DNA of 64,000 nt from an uncultured Sphingomonas sp. GTDB lineage: Bacteria > Pseudomonadota > Alphaproteobacteria > Sphingomonadales > Sphingomonadaceae. Below the pieces are notes generated by a model. That model made no database searches. It was not told where the DNA came from and saw only the letters and a list, made by a program, of their open reading frames with translations. Position 1 is the first letter of the stretch, and every line of letters begins with the position of its first letter. The stretch spans positions 21,940 through 85,939 of the forward strand of contig NZ_CAKTFO010000008.1 in assembly GCF_934560975.1 (NCBI RefSeq), in the 5' to 3' direction. Both the position numbers and the translations under genes were made by a program. Of the stretch, positions 50,672 to 60,588 are shown piece after piece.

Positions 50672-52060
50672 ATGGCCGACACACCCTCAATCGTTTGGTT
50701 TCGACAGGATCTTCGCTTGGCCGACCAGGCGGCGTTCGCGGCTGCGGCGGCGGACGGGCCCGTGGTTGCCCTCTACGTGCTGGACGATGACGCGCCGGGC
50801 GATTGGCGGATCGGTGGCGCGCAGCGTTGGTGGCTGCACCATTCGCTGCAGAGCCTGGGCACGAGCCTGGCGGCGCTTGGCGTGCCTTTGGTGCTCCGCC
50901 GCGGCAATGCCGTCGAGCAGGTCGCCAGGGTTGCCGCGGAGGTTGGGGCCGCACGGGTCCACTGCCTCTCGCATTACGAGCCCTGGTGGCGCGATGCGGA
51001 GGCTGCGCTGGCCAGGCAGCTGGATCTGGTTTGCCACCCCGGCTACCTGCTGATCGATCCCGACGCGGTCCGCACAGGGGCCGGCACGCAATTTCGGGTG
51101 TTTGCACCATTTTGGAAGGCGTTGAGCGCCAAGATGCCACCCGACAGGCCCCGGGCGGTGCCTGGCAAGGTCGTCGGCGCGCCGCACCCGCCGGAGGGCG
51201 ACGGGCTGGACAGTTGGACGCTGCTGCCGGACAAACCCGATTGGGCTGGCGGCTTCAAGGATTGGCAACCCGGCGAGGATGGTGCCGCCGCCGCTCTGCA
51301 CGCCTTTTCGGACATGGTCGTGACCTACAAGCACGATCGCAATCTGCCCTCGACGAACGGCAGTTCACGACTGTCGCCGCACCTCCATATGGGCGAGATC
51401 TCTCCGGCAGCGGTGTGGCACGCGGTTGCGGACGGGGATGGCGCGGAACCGTTCCTGCGCGAACTCGCCTGGCGCGACTTCACCTCCAATCTCATCATCC
51501 AGTTGCCCGCTTATGCCGACACGTCCGGCCTGCTCAAGATGGAGGCCCTGCCGTGGCGCACAGGGCCGGCGGCCGATGCGGACTTCCGGGCATGGACCAG
51601 GGGGCAGACGGGATACCCGATCGTGGACGCGGGCATGCGGCAGCTGTGGCATACGGGCTGGATGCACAATCGGGTGCGAATGCTGACGGCCAGTTTCCTT
51701 ATCAAGCATCTGCTGCTCGACTGGCGACGCGGCGAGGCATGGTTTTGGGACTGTCTGGTCGATGCCGATTACGGCAACAACAGCACCAATTGGCAGTGGG
51801 TAGCAGGCACTGGGATCGATGCCGCCCCCTTTTTCCGCATCATGGCGCCCTTGTCGCAATCGGAGAAGTTCGAGGCCGCCGAGTATATCCGCCGCTGGGT
51901 TCCCGAACTGCGGGACCTCGACGACGACGTCATCCACGATCCCCATCAGGCTGATGCCGCACCGGCAGGTTACCCCGCGCCGATCATCGGCCACCGCGAA
52001 GCACGGGAACGCGCACTCGCCGCAATGCGGACGGTGAGCGCGCTTCCATCCCCAAGCTGA
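50672..52060 (+). CDS. phrB: Deoxyribodipyrimidine photolyase
   Basis: WFRQDLRLADQ, SRLSPHLHMGEIS, GQTGYPIVDAGMRQLW.TGWMHNRVRM, LVDAD. Confidence 0.92.
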   Translation: MADTPSIVWFRQDLRLADQAAFAAAAADGPVVALYVLDDDAPGDWRIGGAQRWWLHHSLQSLGTSLAALGVPLVLRRGNAVEQVARVAAEVGAARVHCLSHYEPWWRDAEAALARQLDLVCHPGYLLIDPDAVRTGAGTQFRVFAPFWKALSAKMPPDRPRAVPGKVVGAPHPPEGDGLDSWTLLPDKPDWAGGFKDWQPGEDGAAAALHAFSDMVVTYKHDRNLPSTNGSSRLSPHLHMGEISPAAVWHAVADGDGAEPFLRELAWRDFTSNLIIQLPAYADTSGLLKMEALPWRTGPAADADFRAWTRGQTGYPIVDAGMRQLWHTGWMHNRVRMLTASFLIKHLLLDWRRGEAWFWDCLVDADYGNNSTNWQWVAGTGIDAAPFFRIMAPLSQSEKFEAAEYIRRWVPELRDLDDDVIHDPHQADAAPAGYPAPIIGHREARERALAAMRTVSALPSPS

Positions 52061-52247
52061 CACGTCTCCAGCGCACGGCCTTGCGGCGGATGTCGCCCGC
52101 CGCAGGCCTCAAAGACGACATGATCGCCCAAGCTGACCGCCCGCACCTTGCCGAGGCGCGAGCGAAAAGATGGTCGCACCAGAAACCTGGAACCTTCTGG
52201 CCCATCAGGAACCTTGAAGGTAAGAACGCGGCAAGGATGGCAGGCCA

Positions 52248-52272
52248 TGAACCCCGGCGGTGGCGAGGGGTT
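52248..52272 (+). promoter_or_regulatory. EcfG-type promoter, possibly leaderless transcript
   Basis: TGAAC-N16-GGTT ending 8 nt before ATG 52281; no SD sequence. Confidence 0.4.
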
Positions 52273-52280
52273 CTAGGCGC

Positions 52281-53378
52281 ATGATCGGTCTGCTACACCA
52301 CCTGTCCGACCCGCGACGTGCCGCCAGTGCGGGGTTCACGCAGTTTCTTGAACAATGCGGCGCGGACGGGCCGATCGTGGTGTTCTCGCACTTCGATGCC
52401 GACGGTCTGGCTGCCGCCGCGATCCTCATCCGCGCGCTCCATGCGGGCGGCCGTGAAGCGGTGCCGCTGGTCATCGGCAAGGGCGAGACGCCATGGGACG
52501 GGACGGTCGGCGCGCGCATCGCCGCGTTGAACCCGGCGGGCCTGATCGCGGCCGACCTCGGCACCCGTGCCGAGCCGATCGTCGCCGGATTGCCGACGCT
52601 GATCGTGGACCATCACTGCCCCACCGGCATCCCGGCAGGCGCAATCACGTTGAGCGGCAACGGCCTGGAACCGGAGCCGACCAGCGCGCTGATCGCCTGG
52701 TGGGCGGCCGCCGCCGTTGGCGACGTGTCCCACCTGCAATGGCTCGCCGCGCTTGGCCTGATCGGCGACATGGCCGACGAAGCCGCTTTTCCAGAACTTG
52801 CGGAGGCGCAGGCGCGTTGGGGCAAGACGGCGTTGCGCGACGCCACATCGCTCGTCAACGCGCCGCGCCGCACGGCGGCGGCCGATCCCTCACCCGCTTT
52901 GCGCCTGCTGCTGGCGGCGGATGGTCCCAAGGCCATCACCAAGGGCGACGACGCCGACGCCCATGCGCTGGCGGACGCCAAGGCGGAGGTGCGCCAGGCG
53001 GTGGAGGCTGCCAAGCGCGTTGCGCCACGCGTGGCGGGCGACGTCGCCGTGATCCTGTTCCACTCGCCGTGCCAGATCCATCCGCTGATCGCCCAGCGAT
53101 GGCGCGGCAGGCTGAAGGACAAGGTCGTGATCGCCGCCAACAGCGGCTACCGCCCCGGCTGGGTCCATTTCGCGGCCCGTTCGGCAACCGGCCGCGACCT
53201 GATCGCCTTTCTGGCGGAACACCGCCCGGACGGCGCGGATTCACGCTACGGCAACGGGCATGGTCAGGCGACGGGTGGCGCGCTGCCGGTCGATCTGTGG
53301 AACCGGTTCATCGCGGACCTTGGGTTGCCGGACCAGCGGATCATCAACCCAAACGAGCAAGGCGACGCCCAAGGCTGA
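52281..53378 (+). CDS. DHH family phosphoesterase (short RecJ-like)
   Basis: SHFDADG, ADLG, VDHH, GLIGD, GHGQATG. Confidence 0.82.
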   Translation: MIGLLHHLSDPRRAASAGFTQFLEQCGADGPIVVFSHFDADGLAAAAILIRALHAGGREAVPLVIGKGETPWDGTVGARIAALNPAGLIAADLGTRAEPIVAGLPTLIVDHHCPTGIPAGAITLSGNGLEPEPTSALIAWWAAAAVGDVSHLQWLAALGLIGDMADEAAFPELAEAQARWGKTALRDATSLVNAPRRTAAADPSPALRLLLAADGPKAITKGDDADAHALADAKAEVRQAVEAAKRVAPRVAGDVAVILFHSPCQIHPLIAQRWRGRLKDKVVIAANSGYRPGWVHFAARSATGRDLIAFLAEHRPDGADSRYGNGHGQATGGALPVDLWNRFIADLGLPDQRIINPNEQGDAQG

Positions 53379-53436
53379 CGCACGAGAGCTAGCCCCCGAG
53401 CTTCAGCGCAACGCGGACCGGCCCGACATGGGCGCT

Positions 53437-54345
53437 CTACAATCCCAGGGGACGAAGCTCACGGATCAGGTCGATCAGCAGGCGCAATCCGGCCGGAACC
53501 TGACGCCGACTGGAATAATAGATGTGGTAACCGGGACCGATAGCTGCCCACTTCTCCAGTACCAGGCGCAGTTCGCCACGTTCGACATAGCGGGCAAAGG
53601 TCGTCTCCAGACCGTACATCAGCCCCACTCCCTCGCGCGCCATCGCCAGCATCGCGCGCCCTTCGTCGACGACGACCTTGCTCGGCACGGCGATGGCGAT
53701 CTCGCCCTCCGGCCCGTCAAATTCCCAGCGGTAGATGCGGCCGTCGCCAAGCCGCACGCCCAGACAATGGTGGTGTTGCAGGTCCTCCGGCCGCTCGGGC
53801 GTGCCGAACTGTTCGAGATAGCCTGGCGCCGCCGCCACCACCCAGCGCAGGTCCGCCGAAAGCCGCTGCGCAATCATGTCCTCGGGAACGGTGCCGCCGT
53901 GGCGGATGCCGGCGTCATAGCCATTGCCGATCACGTCGATCATACGGTCATGCGCCGCAATGTCGATCTCGATATCGGGATAGCGTTCGGCAAAGGTCGG
54001 CAGCACCGGGGCGAGCAGCAGCGATGCCGCTTCGGCAACGACGTTGAGACGGACACGCCCGGTCGGCGCATCACGGTAGCGGTTGAGCCTCTCCACGGCC
54101 TGGTCGATCGCGCCGAACGGATCGGATATCGCATCGCGCAGTTCCTCGCCGGCGGCGGTCAGGGTGACGCTGCGGTTGGTGCGATTGATCAGCCGGACAC
54201 CCCGCCTGGCCTCCAGCCCTTTCAGCGCGTGGCTGAGTGCGGAGGCGCTGACGCCCAGTTCCAGCCCGGCCAGCTGGAAGCTGCGATGACGGGCGATGGA
54301 CAGGAAGTAGGTAAGATCAGCAAGGTCGGAGCGGCTGGTTGGCCT
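53437..54345 (-). pseudogene. LysR family regulator lacking a start codon
   Basis: Full HTH (DLADLTYFLSIARHRSF...SALSH...NRTNRSVTLT) lies in frame upstream of the track ORF; AGG sits at the expected ATG; in-frame TAG at about 54404. Confidence 0.75.
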
Positions 54346-54424
54346 GGGAGGTAGTCCTGCGCTACGCAGCGCCCGGCCGCAACCCGGGCGATCCCAGTGC
54401 CCCTAACCGTCGCTCAATCCCTCA

Positions 54425-54631
54425 GTGCATGAACGGCAGGGCCGATCGGCGTCTGGCCAAGCGGATGGGTGTGCCAGGCGGTGCGGGCACCCGGCTCGAA
54501 ATGGACGCGCGCGCCCGACGCCCGCGACGGCTCGTCACGCTGGAACAGCATGGTGACGGTGGCCTTTCCGGTGAAGTTGGCGACAGGCCATCGTTGGGCT
54601 TCTGATCGGCTTGGCGCGTGATGTCGGTCGT
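54425..54631 (-). pseudogene. Frameshifted, truncated cupin
   Basis: AGGAGG RBS then ACG; fragments DITRQADQKP / NFTGKATVTMLFQRDEPSRASG / VHFEPGARTAWHTHPLGQT in shifting frames. Confidence 0.7.
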
Positions 54632-54734
54632 GAACGCTTCCTCCTGCCTCCTGGCCTAGACGGGAACGGCGACGCGCACGGGGTCGCGGCCAGCGCGACC
54701 CCGTACCCGACGTCGAAGGCGCCGGCGGAACGCG

Positions 54735-56954
54735 TCAGGCGACGGCCGGCAGGTCGTGCAGGTGTTTGTCGAGGGTGAGGGGATATTCGCGGATGCGGAC
54801 GCCGGTAGCGTTGTAAACGGCGTTTGCCACCGCTGCGCCGACGCCGCACAGGCCGAGTTCGCCGACGCCCTTGGCCTTCATCGGGTTGGCGAGCGGGTCG
54901 GCTTCGTCCAGGAACACGACCTCCTGATGGGGAATGTCGGCATGGACCGGCACTTCGTAGAGCGCGAGGTCGTGGTTGACGAACAAGCCGAAGCGCTTGT
55001 CCACCTGCAACTCCTCCATCAGCGCGCCGCCCACGCCCATGGTCATTGCGCCGATCACCTGGCTGCGCGCCGACTTGGGATTGAGGATGCGTCCCGCCGC
55101 ACATACCGCCAGCATTCGCTGGACGCGGGTCACGCCGGTATAGGCATCAACGCGGACCTCCACGAAGTGCGCGCCGAAGGTGGACAGCTGCCAGCTCTTC
55201 TCCAGGTCGCCATATTCGATCTTGTCCTCGGCCGTCAGCGGCCCGGCGGCAGCGGCCTGGCTGAGTTGGGCGATGCGATTGCCGCTGGTGACCCGGCCGT
55301 CCGCGAAGGTCGTGTCGGCGGAGTTGAAGCCCAGGCGCTGGGCGACCTGCTCGCGCAGCTTCACGCACGCGGCATAAACGCCTGCGGTGGAGTTGGCCGC
55401 GCCGAACTGCCCGCCCGATCCAGCCGATATGGGATAGGACGAATTGCCGAGCCGTACCTCCACCAGCTCCAGCGGCACGCCCATCATCTCGGCCGCGGTC
55501 TGCGCCAAGATGGTGTAGCTGCCGGTGCCGATGTCGGTCATGTCGGTTTCGACTACGACCCTTCCGTCCTGCTCCAGCCGGACGCGCGCGGCGGACGCCA
55601 TGTTCATGTGGTTGCGGAACGCGGCCGCGAGCCCCATCCCGACCAGCCAGCGCCCGTCGCGGACCTGGCCCGGCCTGGGATTGCGCTTCGCCCAGCCGAA
55701 CCGATCCGCACCCTCGCGCAGGCAGCGCACCAGCTGGCGTTCGGAAAAGCGCCGCTTGGGGTTCTCAGGGTCAACCTGCGTGTCGTTCTTGATGCGGAAC
55801 GCGACCGGATCCATGCCGAGCTTTTCGGCCATCTCGTCCATCGCCACTTCCAGCACCATCATGCCGGGCGCCTCGCCCGGCGCGCGCATGGCATTGCCCT
55901 CCGGCAGATCGAGCACCGCCAGATGCATGGAGATCTTCCGGTTTGCGCCCGCATAAAGCAGCTTGGTCTGGCTGGTGGCGGTTTCCGGCTGACCGTCCGG
56001 CTGGTCGCCCGAGCCGCTGTCGTGCGCGATCGCGGTAATTGTGCCGTCCTTGAGCGCGCCGATCTGGACATGCTGCACCGTGGCGGGGCGATGTGTCGTG
56101 TTGTTGGGGATCAGCGGGCGTTGCAGCGCCACCTTGACCGGCCGCTTGGCGGCCTTTGCCGCCAATGCCGCCATCACCGCGTCAGTGCGCAGGAACAGCT
56201 TGCCGCCGAACCCGCCGCCCACGTAAGGCGACATCAAGGTGATCTTCTCCTTGGGGATGCCGAGCGTCTTGGCAAGGTCGCCGCGCCCCCAGTCGATCAT
56301 CTGGTTGGATGTCCAGACCTGCAGCGCATCGCCGTTCCACGCCGCAATGGAGGCGAACGGCTCCATCATCATGTGGCTCTGGTCGGGCGTGGTGTAATGC
56401 TGGTCGAGCTTCACCGGGGAAGCGGCGAACGCCTGCTCGAACTTGCCGACGCGGTCGATAGCGGGCGAGTGGCTGCCCTCCCCGCTGCTGCCGCCCACCA
56501 GCGGCGCGGTCTTCAACGCTTCCGCCAGGTCGAACCGGCCAGGTGCGCGGTCGTAGCGCACCCGCACCAGCCCCGCGGCGGCGCGGGCCTGCTCGAACGT
56601 TTCGGCGACCACGATCGCGATCGCCTGGTGGTAATGGTCGACGTCGGGCCCGGCGAGCAACTTCACCGTGTTGTATTTGCCCTTGCCGAGCTTGCCGGCA
56701 TTGGCGGCGGTGACGATCGCCAGCACGCCGGGCGCCGCCTCTGCCTCGGCCAGGTCGACCGAGCCGATCCGGCCCTTGGCGATGCTTGCGCCGACGATAT
56801 AGCCATAGGCCGCGTTCGGCACCTCCTGGTGGAACTCGTAGGCATAGGGCGCGGTGCCGGTTGTCTTGCGCGGTCCGTCGATGCGGTCATGGGCACGCCC
56901 GACCACCTTCATCTGGTCGATCGGGTTCTTGCCGGCGGGGTTCTCGAACTTCAT
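54735..56954 (-). CDS. paoC: Aldehyde oxidoreductase molybdenum-binding subunit
   Basis: GGGFGGK, MRAPGE, DIGTG, SGGQFG, KGVGELG. Confidence 0.92.
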   Translation of the reverse strand: MKFENPAGKNPIDQMKVVGRAHDRIDGPRKTTGTAPYAYEFHQEVPNAAYGYIVGASIAKGRIGSVDLAEAEAAPGVLAIVTAANAGKLGKGKYNTVKLLAGPDVDHYHQAIAIVVAETFEQARAAAGLVRVRYDRAPGRFDLAEALKTAPLVGGSSGEGSHSPAIDRVGKFEQAFAASPVKLDQHYTTPDQSHMMMEPFASIAAWNGDALQVWTSNQMIDWGRGDLAKTLGIPKEKITLMSPYVGGGFGGKLFLRTDAVMAALAAKAAKRPVKVALQRPLIPNNTTHRPATVQHVQIGALKDGTITAIAHDSGSGDQPDGQPETATSQTKLLYAGANRKISMHLAVLDLPEGNAMRAPGEAPGMMVLEVAMDEMAEKLGMDPVAFRIKNDTQVDPENPKRRFSERQLVRCLREGADRFGWAKRNPRPGQVRDGRWLVGMGLAAAFRNHMNMASAARVRLEQDGRVVVETDMTDIGTGSYTILAQTAAEMMGVPLELVEVRLGNSSYPISAGSGGQFGAANSTAGVYAACVKLREQVAQRLGFNSADTTFADGRVTSGNRIAQLSQAAAAGPLTAEDKIEYGDLEKSWQLSTFGAHFVEVRVDAYTGVTRVQRMLAVCAAGRILNPKSARSQVIGAMTMGVGGALMEELQVDKRFGLFVNHDLALYEVPVHADIPHQEVVFLDEADPLANPMKAKGVGELGLCGVGAAVANAVYNATGVRIREYPLTLDKHLHDLPAVA

Positions 56955-56958
56955 GGGG

Positions 56959-57906
56959 TCAGGCCTTGCTCTCGGCGATCACGCCCGCCAGCGCGCGGGT
57001 AGCGAGCGGCAGCTTGAAGGCATTGTCCTTGGTCGGCGTCGCACCCTGGAAGGCGCGCGCGGTGACGGCGGCCGCACCCTGCGGCAGCAGCGCTTCGGCG
57101 GCTTCGACCCGCCACGGCTTGGGGGCCATGCCGCCGAACGCGACGCGGCCCGTGCCGTCCGGCTGGATCACCGCCGCAACCGATACCAGGGCATAGGCAT
57201 AGGAAGCGCGGTCGCGCACCTTTTCGTAGAAATGCTTGCCGCCGAGCGGGCGCGGCAGCGTGACCGCGGTCACGAGCTCGCCGGGATGGAGGTTGGTGTC
57301 CTTTTCGGGATGGTCGCCCCACAAGCGGTGGAAGTCCGCAATCGGGATCGCGCGGCGCCCGCCGCTTGCGTCCACCGTTTCCACCACCGCGTCCAGCAGC
57401 CGCATCGCGACCGCCATGTCGCCCGGGAAGGTGGCGATGCACTTGTCGGACACCCCGATCACGCCAAGCTGCCGCGACACCCCGCCGATGGCGGCGCAGC
57501 CCGAACCGGGCTTGCGCTTGTTGCACGGCATGTTGGTGTCGTAGAAATACGGGCAGCGCGTGCGTTGGAGCAGGTTGCCCGCCGTGGACGCCTTGTTGCG
57601 AAGCTGCCCGGACGCGCCCGCCACGATCGAGCGGGTCAGCACCGCATAATCGCGCCGGACGCGCGCGTCGGCGGCAAGGTCGGTGTTGCTCACCAGCGCG
57701 CCGATGCGCAGACCGCCGTCACGCGTCTTCTCGATCTTGTCGAAGCCCAGATCCTGAACGTCGATCAGGTGCGTCGGCGTTTCCACCTCGATCTTCATCA
57801 GGTCGAGGAGGTTGGTGCCGCCCGCCAGGAACTTGGCGCCGGGCCGGGCCGCGGCCTGCGCCGCGGCGACCGGATCCTTGGCGCGCTCGTAGGTGAAAGC
57901 CTTCAT
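56959..57906 (-). CDS. paoB: Aldehyde oxidoreductase FAD-binding subunit
   Basis: [33 protein letters not shown]...CNKR 4Fe-4S insert, KVRDRASY. Confidence 0.92.
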   Translation of the reverse strand: MKAFTYERAKDPVAAAQAAARPGAKFLAGGTNLLDLMKIEVETPTHLIDVQDLGFDKIEKTRDGGLRIGALVSNTDLAADARVRRDYAVLTRSIVAGASGQLRNKASTAGNLLQRTRCPYFYDTNMPCNKRKPGSGCAAIGGVSRQLGVIGVSDKCIATFPGDMAVAMRLLDAVVETVDASGGRRAIPIADFHRLWGDHPEKDTNLHPGELVTAVTLPRPLGGKHFYEKVRDRASYAYALVSVAAVIQPDGTGRVAFGGMAPKPWRVEAAEALLPQGAAAVTARAFQGATPTKDNAFKLPLATRALAGVIAESKA

Positions 57907-58541
57907 GCCCGCTCTCCCGCGACTTCGGCCATCGCCTCGGCAATGTTGGAATACGCGCCGCAGCGGCAGATGTTGCCGCTCATCCGTTCGCGCAGCTCCA
58001 TGTTAGTGAACTGCGGCCGGGCCGCAACGTCGGCCTGGACGTGGCTCGGCACCCCGCGCTTGATCTCGTCCAGCACGGCCACCGCCGAACAGATCTGTCC
58101 CGGCGTGCAATAGCCACACTGGTAGCCGTCATGCTTCACGAACGCCGCCTGCATCGGGTGGAGCTTGTCCGGCGTGCCCAGCCCCTCGATGGTGGTGATC
58201 TCGTCGCCTTCGTGCTGGACGGCGAGGCTCAGGCAGGAGTTGATCCGCTGGCCGTCGACCATCACCGTGCACGCGCCGCACTGGCCGTGGTCGCAGCCTT
58301 TCTTGGTGCCGGTAAGGTGCAGATGTTCGCGCAGGGCATCCAGCAAGGTGGTGCGCGGGTCCAGCATCAGCTCGCGCCGCTCGCCATTCACCTTGAAATG
58401 TACCGGCATCATCGGGGAAGCCTCCGCGGCGGGGGAAGAAACGGGAGCGGCAATGGCCGGGGCCCCCGCCACCACCGCCGTTGCCGCACTGCCAGCAAGA
58501 ATGCCTCGCCGCGACAATTCAATCTCAGATAGGTCAGGCAT
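57903..58541 (-). CDS. paoA: Aldehyde oxidoreductase 2Fe-2S subunit (Tat signal)
   Basis: SRRGIL Tat motif; [28 protein letters not shown]. Confidence 0.92.
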   Translation of the reverse strand: MPDLSEIELSRRGILAGSAATAVVAGAPAIAAPVSSPAAEASPMMPVHFKVNGERRELMLDPRTTLLDALREHLHLTGTKKGCDHGQCGACTVMVDGQRINSCLSLAVQHEGDEITTIEGLGTPDKLHPMQAAFVKHDGYQCGYCTPGQICSAVAVLDEIKRGVPSHVQADVAARPQFTNMELRERMSGNICRCGAYSNIAEAMAEVAGERA

Positions 58542-58659
58542 CAGCTGCTTTTACTCTTCCGGCTGGCGGCAATCCCAAACGGGCGCGCGCGACTGGTCCA
58601 ACTCGGCATCATAACGCGCCGATACGCCGATCGACCCACCTGTGCAGCTCAACGAGGCA

Positions 58660-58674
58660 ATGAACATGATTCAT
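58660..58674. promoter_or_regulatory. LysR-type inverted repeat upstream of paoA
   Basis: ATGAA-CATGA-TTCAT palindrome containing T-N11-A. Confidence 0.45.
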
Positions 58675-59017
58675 CGTGAACTTGGCGCCATCGGCAGTGC
58701 TGCCCCTGTCGCCGTCGGACCGCAGGCGTTCGGGTCGAGGCATAAGGGAAGGCCACGCTCGCCCGGGTGCGCGCAGCCTCGCCGGCCTGCGGAGATGGCG
58801 GGCCATGACCCCGGCATCTATGTGCCGGGCCGGCAGCGAACAACACGGCCCGTGATTGATGCCGCAATAAAGACCCGTTCATCGTCGTCGATTAGTCAGC
58901 CCCCCCCCCGGGTTGAAGCGCCCGCACTGACGGCGGGCCATCCTTATGAAGGCATTCGGCCATCGGAAGTTTGCTGGTCCAGTATCCAGGCAGCGCGCCC
59001 GACCTCGCGGGAGCAGG

Positions 59018-59125
59018 ATGGTGGCCGACTTCGACAGATCCTTCGCCCGCAGGGTAGCCTCCGTCACCGGAACGGCGAGCGGCATGGGCCGTGCCACCAC
59101 GCTGGCATTTGCCCGCGAAGGCGCC
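59018..59125 (+). pseudogene. SDR oxidoreductase N-terminal remnant
   Basis: RVASVTGTASGMGRATTLAFAREGA (TGxxxGxG), after which similarity is lost. Confidence 0.65.
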
Positions 59126-59279
59126 AGCGGTCGATGCTTCCACGAGACGCGTTCGATACCGTTCAATCCGCGATATCGGATTGTTGTCGGTACGAGGGGA
59201 TCACGGCCGCGTCAGGTCTGTCCAAACAACGACCTGACCCTGTCCGGGTCCCACCTCGCAGCGTGCGGCAGCGCCGACG

Positions 59280-59981
59280 CTACAGCGACGCGCCGGCGGT
59301 CAGATCGTACACGCGTAATCGGGGGAACACCGCTTCCAGCGCCTTGGTGTCCGGCAGGACGTAAACATAGCCCCCCTTCTTCTGGAAAAGCGGACGCACG
59401 ATTTTGCCATAGAAGGCGGCGGGCACGTTGATGCAGCCAAAGGTAATGCGGTTGTCGTCCTTTTCCGGCGAGAGCATACGATCGCGGCGCTTCTCGACGC
59501 TGGCCGCGTCGGCCGGAATCGGGTGGATCGCGACGCTGTTGGCGTAATCGACCCACAGCACCCTTTGCCGCCCGGCAGCGTAGCCGAACTTGGCGAGAAA
59601 ACGGCCCGCAGGCGTGGTCTTTTCGGCGGGACCGATCTCACCGAGCTTCTTGCTGCCGACGCCGGGAGAAGCATCGTCTCCGGTGGCGATGCCGATCAGC
59701 ACGGGCACCTGGCCCAGGGCCAGACCATGAGCATCGTAAAGGACGAGCGATGCCGTACGCTTGTCCACGATGGCATAAGGCAGCGCATGATTGTCGCGCG
59801 CGGAGGCTATCCACCCGGCAACGCGCTGCGCCTCCGCCGAGGGCGTGATTGCCATGTCGGCAAGCGGCAGGACGACGGGCGGTGTCTGTCGCGATCTGGG
59901 CAGGGTCTTTGCAGATGGAGCAGCCGCCGCTCCGCCGGTCAGCAGCGCAAAACCGGCGAGCGCCGGAACGATCTTGATCAT
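59280..59981 (-). CDS. L,D-transpeptidase (YkuD-like)
   Basis: AIVDK, TPAGRF, VAIH...RITFGCINV catalytic His/Cys; signal peptide. Confidence 0.72.
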   Translation of the reverse strand: MIKIVPALAGFALLTGGAAAAPSAKTLPRSRQTPPVVLPLADMAITPSAEAQRVAGWIASARDNHALPYAIVDKRTASLVLYDAHGLALGQVPVLIGIATGDDASPGVGSKKLGEIGPAEKTTPAGRFLAKFGYAAGRQRVLWVDYANSVAIHPIPADAASVEKRRDRMLSPEKDDNRITFGCINVPAAFYGKIVRPLFQKKGGYVYVLPDTKALEAVFPRLRVYDLTAGASL

Positions 59982-60073
59982 CCAGTCGGACGCTCCAAAA
60001 GCAGCCGTTCCCGATCGTGGGAACGGCTGCGGCAATTACTTACGATTTGACCGGCACGGATGTGGGTGCGGCA

Positions 60074-60382
60074 TCAATGACGCGGCCGCTTGCCCCGCCG
60101 CTCCTGCTCCTGAAGACGCTGCTCGACACCATCGACGCGGCCGTTGATCTGGTCGAGCCGCTGCGCATGCTGCTGCGTCTGAGCGGATGCCGCCTGCGCC
60201 TCAGCCAGCGCCTGCTTGGCGGTGCCATCGGTCGCCTGCAACCGCGTTTCGAGCGCATCCACGCGCTGCGTCACCGGTGCGATCTGCTCGCGCACGAAGG
60301 ATTTCGTGGCACAGCCGCCGAGGCTCATGGCGGTGACGAGGACAACAGCCGCAGGGGCAAGCTTGGTGAGGGATAGGTGCAT
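60074..60382 (-). CDS. Coiled-coil/alanine-zipper lipoprotein (Lpp/OprI-like)
   Basis: Lipobox LGGC; heptads RVDALETRL / AKQALAEAQAASAQ / RLDQINGRVDGVEQRL; basic C-terminus. Confidence 0.75.
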   Translation of the reverse strand: MHLSLTKLAPAAVVLVTAMSLGGCATKSFVREQIAPVTQRVDALETRLQATDGTAKQALAEAQAASAQTQQHAQRLDQINGRVDGVEQRLQEQERRGKRPRH

Positions 60383-60588
60383 CGCAATCTTCCAATAGTT
60401 AATACAGCCGGGCGAGAGAACCTGCGGACGGCCGTTGCGGCAATCCGGATAACGCCCAACCGTGCCTGACGCAGGGCGGAGCGTGCACTGGAGCAGTCCC
60501 GGCTAGAGCCTTGATTTCATTATAGTCAGATCCGCCGACATGCCGAGGGGGCAGGCTGAACTTCGACTTAACCGCGATATGCACGATG

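Noticed and set aside
54678..54704. Hairpin after paoC (also 31854-31889 after the TBDR) as REP or mobile repeat
   Set aside because: Single-copy, mutually unrelated stems without U-tract; likely mRNA-stabilising structures.
54756..57002. 748-aa plus-strand ORF (likewise 9258-11210, 29371-31125, 48782-50662 and other long overlaps)
   Set aside because: Antisense shadows of well-supported genes.
58900..58909. C10 homopolymer as phase-variation tract
   Set aside because: Lies in decayed non-coding sequence with no linked intact gene or promoter.
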